A stretch of DNA of 64,000 nt. Source: Clostridia bacterium (GTDB taxonomy: Bacteria > Bacillota > Clostridia > JAAYHZ01). The stretch lies in contig JBMNIH010000003.1 of the NCBI GenBank assembly GCA_050950825.1, positions 352,001 to 416,000 of the forward strand, written 5' to 3'. Each line of letters begins with the position of its first letter. The stretch's first letter is position 1. The position numbers and the translations under genes were made by a program. The notes under the pieces are model-generated. The model saw nothing but the letters and a program-made list of their open reading frames with translations, was not told the origin of the DNA and did no database searches. Positions 23,318 to 32,938 of the stretch are shown one piece after another.

Positions 23318-24023
23318 AGAAATCGTCGATGCCCGCTTTTACGGCTTCCGCAATTTTTTGTCTGTACTCGCTGTCCTGAAGCCTTTTTTCCTCTTCTTGG
23401 TTCGATAAGAATCCGCACTCGACAATGCAAATGGTTTTCGTGTTGTTTTTAAGAATAATCAGCTCTTCTTTGGTACCCTGGGGCTCTCGCTTGTTAGTAG
23501 GATCCACGATTTCCCGGATACGATTTTGAATGCATTCCGCAAGTCGTTTGGAATCGTTGCTTTTTACCGGGTAGAAGGTCTGCGCCCCGTAATATTTCGT
23601 TTGATCGAACTTATTCATATGAAGGCTGACGATGATGTCTGCGTCGGATTCATCCATCATTTTTCTTCGATTATTCAAATCTTCTCTTCTTTTAGCGGTA
23701 TAGCCGGGAGTACCGTCAGGATACTTTAACACATCGCTGTCTCTTGTCATGAGGACTTCATAGCCCTGATCCTCCAACAGCGCTTTCAATTTGAAAGCGA
23801 TATCCAAATTCAGATCTTTTTCTTTGATTCCGGAATAATCGCTTACCGCCCCCGGGTCTTCTCCGCCGTGGCCGGGGTCCAGCATGATCTTAATCGGCCT
23901 GTAAGAGATGTTCGAAACGGGGGACGCCTGCTCGGATGCATAGGTTAATCCGTAAATCGATACGGCCAGCAGCAAAACAAGAAGTACCAATACAATATTA
24001 TGTTTTCTGATAACAATAAACAT
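23307..24023 (-). CDS. cwlD: N-acetylmuramoyl-L-alanine amidase (CwlD-like)
   Basis: LDPGHGGEDPG, EKDLNL, SLHMN, YYGAQTFY, VECGFLSN. Confidence 0.85.
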   Translation of the reverse strand: MFIVIRKHNIVLVLLVLLLAVSIYGLTYASEQASPVSNISYRPIKIMLDPGHGGEDPGAVSDYSGIKEKDLNLDIAFKLKALLEDQGYEVLMTRDSDVLKYPDGTPGYTAKRREDLNNRRKMMDESDADIIVSLHMNKFDQTKYYGAQTFYPVKSNDSKRLAECIQNRIREIVDPTNKREPQGTKEELIILKNNTKTICIVECGFLSNQEEEKRLQDSEYRQKIAEAVKAGIDDFFKQ

Positions 24024-24090
24024 GCAATCACCAACCCATCCAATCTTTGTACTAGTCTATTCAACCGTCGGTCGGTTCATGCATAAGTTT

Positions 24091-24897
24091 TCAGAAAAGG
24101 TCCACTTGTCCTCCCAAAGCTTTTATACAGTGCAGAATTTCATAATAGGTTTCTCGGGAAAGCTCGGCCTTATGCCTGTTCAGATAGCCGAAAAGAAAAG
24201 CAATTCCCCGCCTGTCGTTAAATTCCGCTATACACAAGGCTCCGATATCCTTGTTTTTCATTCTTAAAAAAGCGGATTTTAAGCAGTTGAAAACCTCCGG
24301 ATTTTTTTCGACCTTGCCTAATTGGGACAAGGCTTGGAGCATGTATTCCATGTTGTTGTTGATCTCCTCCGCCTTGTTTATGCACTCCGTCATGGGCATG
24401 ACGGCAGGCTGTCCCATCTCCAGCAGCCCTTCCGTTGCGCTTTCGATAAACAAATCCTCTTCCGGAGGAAGCTTTTCAATGTATGAAATCAAGGATGGGA
24501 TATACTCCGTTCTTTTCAATCTTCCTAACGCTTTTGCCGCCTGTATGCTTAAGTGCACGTCGGGATTGCCCTTTCGCTCCATCATCTCGAAGGCATGGCT
24601 TGCCAAATATTCGCTTGCCTGCAGATCAAAACGGCTCATCGATTCCAATACCGCTAAGGGAATATCGAAATCTCCTTTGCAAAAGCTTTCATAAACCTTG
24701 ATTATTTCTTGAAAATCAAGGGTGTTTAAAAAATCCCGAACGGTTCCTTTGTCTTCGGAAAGGGGCAGCTTGGCCCATTCCTTTTGACATTGCATAAGAA
24801 TTTCATCGAATTCCCGCGTATCAAAATCCGTATCCGGATGATCTTGGTAAGCTTTTTCGCAAATTCGGTAGTATTCATTTATTAAAAAGTCGATCAT
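24091..24897 (-). CDS. Hypothetical alpha-helical (HEAT-repeat-like) protein
   Basis: 268-aa ORF with AAKALGRLK and YIPSLI HEAT-like segments. Confidence 0.6.
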   Translation of the reverse strand: MIDFLINEYYRICEKAYQDHPDTDFDTREFDEILMQCQKEWAKLPLSEDKGTVRDFLNTLDFQEIIKVYESFCKGDFDIPLAVLESMSRFDLQASEYLASHAFEMMERKGNPDVHLSIQAAKALGRLKRTEYIPSLISYIEKLPPEEDLFIESATEGLLEMGQPAVMPMTECINKAEEINNNMEYMLQALSQLGKVEKNPEVFNCLKSAFLRMKNKDIGALCIAEFNDRRGIAFLFGYLNRHKAELSRETYYEILHCIKALGGQVDLF

Positions 24898-24921
24898 TTG
24901 CTAAGCCCTTTCTAGTACGAA

Positions 24922-25443
24922 CTATTCTTTTTTACCCAAGAAGCGTGCCATCGGATAGATTCCGTAATAGCCCATCAAATACCCTGCTCCTGCGATTATA
25001 GGGACGATTAGACAAACCAAGAAGAAGGATAAGGGCGTGTCTCCGGTCATTTCCACAAACGCATGCAAGGGGCCGAAGATCAATTTGACAACCAACAGCT
25101 TTCGGGCGTTGAAAATGTCTTTCGGAAAAATTACGATGCTATTTAACAGAGCAACCAAAAGATTCGGTATCATGGCAAACAATCCGTAAACGAATCCTTT
25201 ATACGGGTACGGGTGCAAATCGTATTGGGGAATCACTTCTTTTTGGGCAACCTGCTTCATTCTTGAATATATCATCATCATCATCATGATAAACCATACC
25301 AAGCTGTAGCCGATAAGCCAAGGCCGAGCCGTTTCCGGAGTGGCGATCAACAATACCGAAATCAAGAAAGCGCAAAAGAGAAAAACCGTGGTTATATAGT
25401 CAACAAACACTCTTGCCGCCGTTTTAAAAAAATATTTATTCAT
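24922..25443 (-). CDS. Hypothetical membrane protein
   Basis: 173-aa ORF with about four hydrophobic segments. Confidence 0.7.
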   Translation of the reverse strand: MNKYFFKTAARVFVDYITTVFLFCAFLISVLLIATPETARPWLIGYSLVWFIMMMMMIYSRMKQVAQKEVIPQYDLHPYPYKGFVYGLFAMIPNLLVALLNSIVIFPKDIFNARKLLVVKLIFGPLHAFVEMTGDTPLSFFLVCLIVPIIAGAGYLMGYYGIYPMARFLGKKE

Positions 25444-25582
25444 TTCACACCTACTGAAAAGGGATTTTACTAAAGGGATTATATCACATACAAGTACGAG
25501 GGCACAACCAAAGGAAAAACGAAAAGGACGGCGAGAACCGTCCCTTTATTCATACCATACAACCGTTTATTAAGCTCGAATA

Positions 25583-26893
25583 TTATTTGCCCTTTTGCAT
25601 TTCGTCAACCGCTTCCAGTACCGCATCGGCCATATATACCAATTGGTCTTCGTTTAAGCCGTACAGCGGCAAGTGAGTAAAGCGTCTGTTGAATACTTCT
25701 TCGGTAACGGGGCAGGTTTCCGCAATGGCCGCTTGGTCGTAGCCCAATTCACGGACGATGTCAAAGTAGTACAAGGGTCCGAAGTGCGGAATATTCGTAA
25801 CGCTCTTTTCGGACAGCTTCTGCTTCAACACTTGAACGTCTCCGCCGGCTTTGTCCGGATCGATTTGCAGCAGATAGAGGTGGAAAGAAGGTTTGATCTC
25901 ATCATTACCCAAATCTTGCGGAATAATCGCCGGATTTTCGGCAAAGCGCTTGTTCAAGTATTCGGCGGCTTTTCTGCGTTCTTCCATAATCTTATCGTTA
26001 CGAGCGATTTGAAGCTGCAGACCCAAAGCCTGAATTTCCGTGGTGGAGCAGTTGCCCGCTACGAAAGGACCGTATTTTCCTTTAATCGCTCTTACGTCAT
26101 ACAGCCAATTCTTAATCTTTCTTGAAAAGTCCGCGCCTAAGAAACGAGCACGCTTCAATTCATCGCGGAATTCTTCGATATTGGTGGTCAGTATACCGCC
26201 TTCTCCGAAGGAGGTAATATTTTTAACTTCGTGGAGGCTGAATGCGGTAAAGTCTCCGATGGTACCGACCTTCTTGCCCTTGTATTCGGCTCCGAATGCA
26301 TGAGCGGCATCTTCGAGAACCGTAATGTCATGCTTTTTCGCCAATTCCAAAATAGGATCCATATCCACGGGATAACCGCCCAAATGAACCGGTACAATCA
26401 TTTTCGTTCTCGGAGTGATTTTGCGAGCCACATCGGCAGGATCCATATTCAATGTTCTCGGATCCACATCGGCAAATACGACTTTCGCTCCTACTTCCAA
26501 AGGATAAGCCATGGTTGCGATAAAGGTAATGGCGGGAACAATCACTTCGTCTCCGGGTTTAAGATTTGCATACTTGAATGCAATCTCAAATCCTTCGGTA
26601 CAGTTGGTCACAAACAAGCTGCCTTTTGATCCAAGATATTTGTCTACCATTTCTTCCGCTTTTTCTACCTGTGTTCCTAAAGACAATTTTCCCGGAGGAG
26701 AAGACACTTGGGTGAGTTTTTCCACTTCCTCGGCAATCTTGCCGAGGATTTTTTCATATTCTTCTCCCTCGCCTTGCGCAAGGAAGCGAATAACAGCCAT
26801 CAAGTCCTGTGCATTGTAATTCTCACCTACTGCAGCCCAGGGTACACGAGTTGCTCCGGTATTGTATCGAAAATCCGACGCTTTTTTAACCAT
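25583..26893 (-). CDS. DegT/DnrJ/EryC1/StrS family PLP aminotransferase
   Basis: GDEVIVPAITF, VHLGG, LEDAAHA, FSLHEVKNITSFGEGG (PLP lysine). Confidence 0.92.
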   Translation of the reverse strand: MVKKASDFRYNTGATRVPWAAVGENYNAQDLMAVIRFLAQGEGEEYEKILGKIAEEVEKLTQVSSPPGKLSLGTQVEKAEEMVDKYLGSKGSLFVTNCTEGFEIAFKYANLKPGDEVIVPAITFIATMAYPLEVGAKVVFADVDPRTLNMDPADVARKITPRTKMIVPVHLGGYPVDMDPILELAKKHDITVLEDAAHAFGAEYKGKKVGTIGDFTAFSLHEVKNITSFGEGGILTTNIEEFRDELKRARFLGADFSRKIKNWLYDVRAIKGKYGPFVAGNCSTTEIQALGLQLQIARNDKIMEERRKAAEYLNKRFAENPAIIPQDLGNDEIKPSFHLYLLQIDPDKAGGDVQVLKQKLSEKSVTNIPHFGPLYYFDIVRELGYDQAAIAETCPVTEEVFNRRFTHLPLYGLNEDQLVYMADAVLEAVDEMQKGK

Positions 26894-26961
26894 AATACGC
26901 ACCTCTTTATATTTTTTTAAACCATTATTGATTTCGAAGTGAATAATTATTATAAATTATA

Positions 26962-28111
26962 TCAAGTTCGACATGAATAATCAAGTTTTATCCGTCGGTA
27001 CGGACTTGGTCTGCCGGGTATCCTCCGTATTCCTCCACAAGGTAATTTGATACGTTTCCGCTCCGTTCCCGGCGGAACCTGATCTCCTGCCGATTGAACT
27101 AACATTGGGCTCGTTTTCCTAAGATCCGGCCATTCTCTTACATGCGCTATGAATTCCTTTTCCGGGGTTTGCGGCAGCCACTTTTCAGGAGATACGCCCC
27201 CGAAAAGAATAAGATTCTCTCCCGCTTGCATCCTGATTTGTAAAGGGGTTAAATCTCCGCAAGGAGCGGGAGTACATGCATCGGCCACATCCACGCCGGT
27301 TTTTGCCACAAGTCCTAATATTCCGTTCAATCGGCCGTCCAAATGAGAGGATACCGTTTTCCCTGCGGCATGAAGCCTTTCGGCAATATTTTTGTAATGC
27401 GAAAAGCTGTATTCCATAAAGATATCCGGAGACTGAATATCCGAGGATAAATTGTCTCCGAAGAAAATGTGAGGTGCCGGAGATTTTGCATAGATATCCG
27501 TCAATTCCGGGTGCTTTTGGTTATAGATATCCACATACGCTTTAACGGCCTTAGGATCGTCGTAAAGAGCATATACGGTATTTTCTACCCCCATGTAATA
27601 GGATATGAGAGAGCCGAATCCCGTGTATCCCATGCTCGGAAAACCGAGGCCGACATCTTTGCCCGCTTCTTCAATCAAAGTCCAATTTTCATAACAAGGC
27701 TCGTATACTCGTCTTTACACGGCATAGGTGAGAATTTTTAAATCCTCCAAGGACTCCACCATGCGTTTTTTTCACATCCCAAGAAAAGCTTATCGGATTC
27801 CATTTCCGTATCATTTGCAAGTTTCCGACGGGCGTGATGTATTCTTCGATCGCCAAGCCGTTACGGATGCCTTTTTCTCTTTTAACGCCGTCGATATAGG
27901 TTTCGCGGTGAAGCGAGCCTACTTCGATATACCACCCGGCTTTTACTTCCTTATGCAAAGCCAACATTCCTTGGGTTCGGTTGGAAATATTGAATAAATC
28001 CCACGGTTCCCCGGATTGAGACCGATACCAATGTCCCAAATCGGCAAACCAAGGCACCCGATCCGGAGTCTCCCCCTTTAAAACCTTCATCAATCTTTCT
28101 CTTTCATTCAT
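26962..28111 (-). pseudogene. Uroporphyrinogen decarboxylase/MtaA-like family pseudogene
   Basis: MNERERLMKVLKGETPDRVPW start; extra A in a 7-nt run (27766-27772), in-frame TAA at 27715-27717 and a further 3' disruption; HLDGRL, LFGG and GDQVPPGT motifs. Confidence 0.8.
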
Positions 28112-28125
28112 AACAAAATTTCCTC

Positions 28126-29283
28126 TCACCGCAAAGCACGGCACTTTATTCTTGCATATTCAATCCGTGTATTGTTATGATTTTTTCCTGCATACCAATA
28201 AGCAAGAAGCTCCGAATCGTTTAAACGAAGCAGCGAGGGATGTCCCACGGAAAACCGGTACATCTCCTTCCAAGCGTCTTGCATACTGACATTTTTACTG
28301 TCCTGCCCCGTTATTCGATAATCCAAGACGATTAACGACTCCTTGCACGGCTTCCCGTAACCGGGATAACACCGTACCGTGATCACGGGATTTAAGCTTC
28401 TGTCGATATCGATCGTAAAAAGACGGCCGTCAGGAAGTGAAGCGGGTATACCCGGCTGGCCGTAGATTCCGGTGTCGGTAAATTCGCTCCAAGTCCCCCC
28501 TCCGTCCAAGCTGATTTTGGAATGGATGTTTAAATACCGCTTCCTTTTCCCGTCCAGCGTCCGGAAATAATCGACGATGGATTTCCCGTCCGCCAATACA
28601 TTCGGCCTTTGGTCCCAATAATACATATCCTGAACGTTAGTAACGATAACCGTATTTCCCCATGTTCTCCCTTGATTCTTCGAAAAGATCATGGCGGACC
28701 GATGCACCCATTTCGACGGATCTCCAACGGCTTTGTTTACTTCAAAATGACATACAAGGGTTCCGTCTTTCAACCGAAAGGGAGGACCGGTCAACGGTAC
28801 CGGCTCGTTGTCGGGCAAAACCTTCATCAAAAAGGGCTCGCACCAAGTTTCTCCGCCATCTTCCGAAAAACTGTAGTAAATCTTGGTATCCTTTAGGGTT
28901 TCCGTTTCCTCGTCATAATAGGGCAAGGACAGGTTCGAGGCATCCGTCCAATTGAGGACCATCAGCACCCGATTTCCTCCTAAAGACAAAGGATATCCCG
29001 CACGGTATTGCCCGGGCACCTTGATTTCCTTCGGCAAAGGAATCGGTTCAAAAGGATCGGACCAGGTCTTTCCTTCGTCGTCGGACCGCATTAACATGCA
29101 ATAAGTCGAATCATTATCCTCCTTCGTTTTCGAAGCTTTGAAGGAAACCAACCATCTTCCGGAGGGTAGCTTTTCAATACAAGGGAAGGTAATGCTGTTA
29201 AATCTTTCGTCATGGACGGGCTTCGGTATGACGCCTTTTTCGACGATTTCCATTTCCCCTTTCTGCATGCACCTTGTTTCCAT
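28126..29283 (-). CDS. BNR/Asp-box sialidase-fold (GH33-like) protein
   Basis: Asp-boxes SDDEGKTW, SEDGGETW, SKNQGRTW, SLDGGGTW. Confidence 0.85.
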   Translation of the reverse strand: METRCMQKGEMEIVEKGVIPKPVHDERFNSITFPCIEKLPSGRWLVSFKASKTKEDNDSTYCMLMRSDDEGKTWSDPFEPIPLPKEIKVPGQYRAGYPLSLGGNRVLMVLNWTDASNLSLPYYDEETETLKDTKIYYSFSEDGGETWCEPFLMKVLPDNEPVPLTGPPFRLKDGTLVCHFEVNKAVGDPSKWVHRSAMIFSKNQGRTWGNTVIVTNVQDMYYWDQRPNVLADGKSIVDYFRTLDGKRKRYLNIHSKISLDGGGTWSEFTDTGIYGQPGIPASLPDGRLFTIDIDRSLNPVITVRCYPGYGKPCKESLIVLDYRITGQDSKNVSMQDAWKEMYRFSVGHPSLLRLNDSELLAYWYAGKNHNNTRIEYARIKCRALR

Positions 29284-29294
29284 TAGCTTCTCCT

Positions 29295-30446
29295 TTATTT
29301 CATCAACCACTTTTCGTCAAAGACGGCAAAATCCAAATCGCTCGTGGCGGGATGCACCGCACGATAATGGCTGATACCTAATAAAATCCGTCCGTCTTCA
29401 AGCTGTATCATTCCGTGATTACTCAATTGGTTGGTACCGGTTTCATTGGCAATCATTTTCGGCTCGCTCCATGTACGTCCGCCGTCCTTCGATACGGTCG
29501 CCACAAGAGGATACCGGGGATGCTGCGTCGTTGAAGAAGCGTTGTTCCGGACCGCCAATAAATTTCCGCTTTGAAGTCTGATCATACGGGTTATGGATTC
29601 CGGTGCCGTTAAAGAAGAAGGCTCCGACCTGCTCCAGGTTTTACCTCCGTCTAAAGATACGGTTTGGTACACATAGCCGCCCTTGGTTCGAAACAAGCCG
29701 AGGATCCGATTCGGTTCGGTTTCGGCCAATTGTATTTCCATGACGCCTCTTAACGTATCCACGGTAATTTCTTCGCTTCTTGTCCAAGTTTGCCCGCCGT
29801 CGTCGGATAAAAGGCATGCTCCCGTATAATGCTGCTTCGGATTATCCAAATCTCCTATACAATCCGGATCCAAGAACGTAAATGCCGCCACTATTCGACC
29901 GTTTTTTAGTTGGATCAGGCTGTCAATCCCGCCGTAAAACTTGGTGACCGGCAATTCCTTCCCTCCGGATACCCGGTCCCAAGGCAATTCTTCGCCCGCG
30001 TCAAAGGTATGACCTTTGTCTTCCGAACGGCGAATAAACAGGCGCGTGGTGCTTTGAAAATAGTTGCTGCCCTTAACTAAGCGGTGCAGCTTTTTGTCTA
30101 CTTCGATGTGATGTCTTGTTCTTGTGTGCAGCATAATGGCCTTATCGGAATCGGAAAGGCGTAGCATATGGATAAAGCCCGGAACGCCGCCTAAATAATC
30201 GGCCATAAAAACTTGGGGGTCGGACCAAGTGACGCCGTAGTCTTCCGATACGGAATAAAGGACGACGCCGTTTCCGGAGCATTCGTCAAAATCATAGGCG
30301 TGCCAATACAAAAGTACCTTCCCGTCTTCATACGAAAAAAAACTCGGACCTTGGTGATAGTCGCTGCCGATTCCCCCGCGAATAAATTGATAATAGGACA
30401 GTTCCCCGGGTTTATAGGGCATAGGCTTAATATCGGTAATTTTCAT
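29295..30446 (-). CDS. BNR/Asp-box sialidase-fold (GH33-like) protein
   Basis: Asp-boxes SEDYGVTW, SDDGGQTW, SLDGGKTW, SKDGGRTW. Confidence 0.85.
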   Translation of the reverse strand: MKITDIKPMPYKPGELSYYQFIRGGIGSDYHQGPSFFSYEDGKVLLYWHAYDFDECSGNGVVLYSVSEDYGVTWSDPQVFMADYLGGVPGFIHMLRLSDSDKAIMLHTRTRHHIEVDKKLHRLVKGSNYFQSTTRLFIRRSEDKGHTFDAGEELPWDRVSGGKELPVTKFYGGIDSLIQLKNGRIVAAFTFLDPDCIGDLDNPKQHYTGACLLSDDGGQTWTRSEEITVDTLRGVMEIQLAETEPNRILGLFRTKGGYVYQTVSLDGGKTWSRSEPSSLTAPESITRMIRLQSGNLLAVRNNASSTTQHPRYPLVATVSKDGGRTWSEPKMIANETGTNQLSNHGMIQLEDGRILLGISHYRAVHPATSDLDFAVFDEKWLMK

Positions 30447-30476
30447 GGGATCCTCCTCATAAAAAAATATGTTCTA

Positions 30477-32804
30477 CTACAGCAGCCTCTGAAAACCGGT
30501 ATGGTGTACCGGTCCTTTCAACATGTTTTCAATCCGGTCTTCCGTGATACATTGGGATAGGATTTGAAAGACATCATCGACTGCATGCTCGTATAAGCTT
30601 AAGACATCTTCCGTGTGGGCTAGGGTAGTGCTGAATAGCGTCCCGGCTAAAAATCCTCTTTCCAGCATCAATTGGGTAAATAAGGTTTCCATCTCCCTTG
30701 TCTTCGGATGACGAAAAGAAAACTTGGCTAAACAAGGATAACCGCTGTCTAACGACAAAGGCAAACCGTGTTTCTCCCCGTATTTTTGCCATATAGCCAT
30801 CACTTTTTCCCCGATTCGATTCACTCTGTTTGCCACATCCAATCGTTCCAACTTATTGATCGTGGCAAGAGCGGCGGCAGGACCGATGCCTTCCGTCCAA
30901 TAAGTACTGGATATGAAAGAAAGATTCGCTCCTTCCATTGCTTCCTTCGTACCGATTACGGCCGCTATGGGATGACCGTTTCCAAGAGCTTTCGCAAAAA
31001 TAGCCATATCCGGATTGACACCCAGTCCCAAATGAGAACCGCCGAAATTTCTTCGCCATCCGATGGTAATTTCGTCGAAAATCAATAAAATGCCTTTCTT
31101 TTTCGTTTCTTGGCGTATGTACTCCAAATAACCTTCTTCCGGGTCATGATAGCGGCAAGGCTCCATAATGACGGCTGCAAGATCCTTGCCGTATGCGTCC
31201 ATTACACGGTCAAAAGCCTTTTTGTCTCCATGCGTAAAGGTGACCGCCGTTCCTCTTAATTCCGTCGGCACCCCCAACGGGTCAAGTCCTTGCAAAAGAT
31301 GTCCTTTTAAAGCATCCTCTTCTCTTAAATTCGCCGCCAAATACCAATCGTGCCATCCGTGGTAACCGGATATGGCGATTCCGGATCGATTCGTTGTTGC
31401 CCGGGCAATACGTACCGCGATGGCGCCGATTTCTCCCCCGCATCTTGCGAAACGAACTTTCTCGGCCCAAGGATGGATGGCGCATAATCGATCGGCCAAT
31501 TCCACTTCATCGGGAGAGTTTAGGGTACACATGCTTCCCAATCGGATTCTTCGGATAACCGCATCGGAAACGTCCGGATCGTTATAGCCTAACAAACAGG
31601 TGCTGACACCGTTTATGGACATGTCGTAATAATGTCGGCCGTCCAAGTCGATGATTTCACAGCCCCGTGCTTCTTTGTAATAGGCGGGCCATAAATCGGG
31701 AGCAAACATTTCGGGGCGTTTGCTTAAAAGCTGCACTCCTCCCGGGATGATTCTTTTTGCATGCTCATAAAATGTTTGTGTTTTGTTCTTTTTTTCATTT
31801 GGGGGATCAAGAAGATTTATGGCGTTAGCGTAAAAAATGTTTTGAATGTCTTCGGAAGAAAGTCCGAAATAACCGGCGGCTTCTTTCAAGGCTCGCAAAG
31901 ATTCCAAAGCCACAATAGCAGGACTTTTACAGTTCTTCGCGTTTTCATAATCGCAGGTGTCGGGCTGCAGCCAGAAGAATCCGTCCCCTAACGTTACGCT
32001 TCGACCGATAATCTGTGATATGGGAAAATCGCTTCCCCATAAAAGTCGTGTCGGTCCGAATTCCTGCAAGATCGCCATAATCGGAGAAGCTTCGCAAATG
32101 CCGGACATATCAAACCAAACGTTTTGTATTCCTCTTAAAAAAGTAACTCCTTTACGGGTGTTAGGAGAATGAAATCCTCTTCCTGCATGGGCTAATATGA
32201 GTTTTACATGGGGATAACGGCGGCATATATCTTGAATCATAGAAAGATTTTCATCATCCGCCAAGGCTTTGTCCTTAACGATATGAAGCGTTACAACAAA
32301 ATTTTTACGATTCGCTTCTTCCCATACCCACTCCGGTACAAATGAATTTATAGATCCTTGGTCCTTCGGCTCATGATTCCCGTAGAAATAATAGGGTTTA
32401 AAGCCGCGAATACAAGGATGATCAAGATACTTTTCTATATACTCGGGCATTTCTTCGGTCATGGGAACCAACAGCAAGCCTCTGCTGTCCGGATTATCGT
32501 TTAACTCTTTGATAAGAAATTCATTGGCTTCCTCGATATCCGAAACCGGATAAGGCATGAAAAGCCCGCCTTGAAGATTTTTTCCGAATACGGATTTCAT
32601 GCAGGATTGCCATATGGCGATACCGGTGTTTTCGGGACACCCGGCTAAAAAAATCGATTCGGGTACGGAATCAATGGAACGGCGGTACACATGGGCATGT
32701 ACGTCAAAGATTTTTGCAGGAAAAAAGTCGATTAGATCTTCCAAAATCGCTTGGGGGTGAGGGTTACCGATACTTTCGGGATAAAAGCTGCATAGATTTT
32801 TCAT
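30477..32804 (-). CDS. Fusion of amidohydrolase-2 and class III PLP aminotransferase (GSA-aminomutase-like)
   Basis: N-half has DVHAH, LILAHAGRG and LLWGSDFP; C-half has IPGG, GYHGWHDW, LIFDEIT and FAKALGNG. Confidence 0.85.
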   Translation of the reverse strand: MKNLCSFYPESIGNPHPQAILEDLIDFFPAKIFDVHAHVYRRSIDSVPESIFLAGCPENTGIAIWQSCMKSVFGKNLQGGLFMPYPVSDIEEANEFLIKELNDNPDSRGLLLVPMTEEMPEYIEKYLDHPCIRGFKPYYFYGNHEPKDQGSINSFVPEWVWEEANRKNFVVTLHIVKDKALADDENLSMIQDICRRYPHVKLILAHAGRGFHSPNTRKGVTFLRGIQNVWFDMSGICEASPIMAILQEFGPTRLLWGSDFPISQIIGRSVTLGDGFFWLQPDTCDYENAKNCKSPAIVALESLRALKEAAGYFGLSSEDIQNIFYANAINLLDPPNEKKNKTQTFYEHAKRIIPGGVQLLSKRPEMFAPDLWPAYYKEARGCEIIDLDGRHYYDMSINGVSTCLLGYNDPDVSDAVIRRIRLGSMCTLNSPDEVELADRLCAIHPWAEKVRFARCGGEIGAIAVRIARATTNRSGIAISGYHGWHDWYLAANLREEDALKGHLLQGLDPLGVPTELRGTAVTFTHGDKKAFDRVMDAYGKDLAAVIMEPCRYHDPEEGYLEYIRQETKKKGILLIFDEITIGWRRNFGGSHLGLGVNPDMAIFAKALGNGHPIAAVIGTKEAMEGANLSFISSTYWTEGIGPAAALATINKLERLDVANRVNRIGEKVMAIWQKYGEKHGLPLSLDSGYPCLAKFSFRHPKTREMETLFTQLMLERGFLAGTLFSTTLAHTEDVLSLYEHAVDDVFQILSQCITEDRIENMLKGPVHHTGFQRLL

Positions 32805-32865
32805 AAACCTATCTCCTAACCGTCGAAGTAAGTTCATAAGACAATATCGACATCTCTATCTTTCC

Positions 32866-32906
32866 AAGAAGTCCGTTTCGTTGTCAAGACGAAACGGACT
32901 TCTTTT
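32866..32906 (-). terminator. Intrinsic terminator after the solute-binding protein gene
   Basis: AAGAAGTCCGTTTCGT / ACGAAACGGACTTCTT perfect inverted repeat. Confidence 0.75.
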
Positions 32907-32938
32907 ACAACTTTATTTTACATCTGTCTAAATTGTAA

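Noticed and set aside
25444-26961. Search for an att direct repeat of the tRNA-Cys 3' end at the island's far side
   Set aside because: No copy was seen by eye and there is no integrase, so site-specific integration is not supported.
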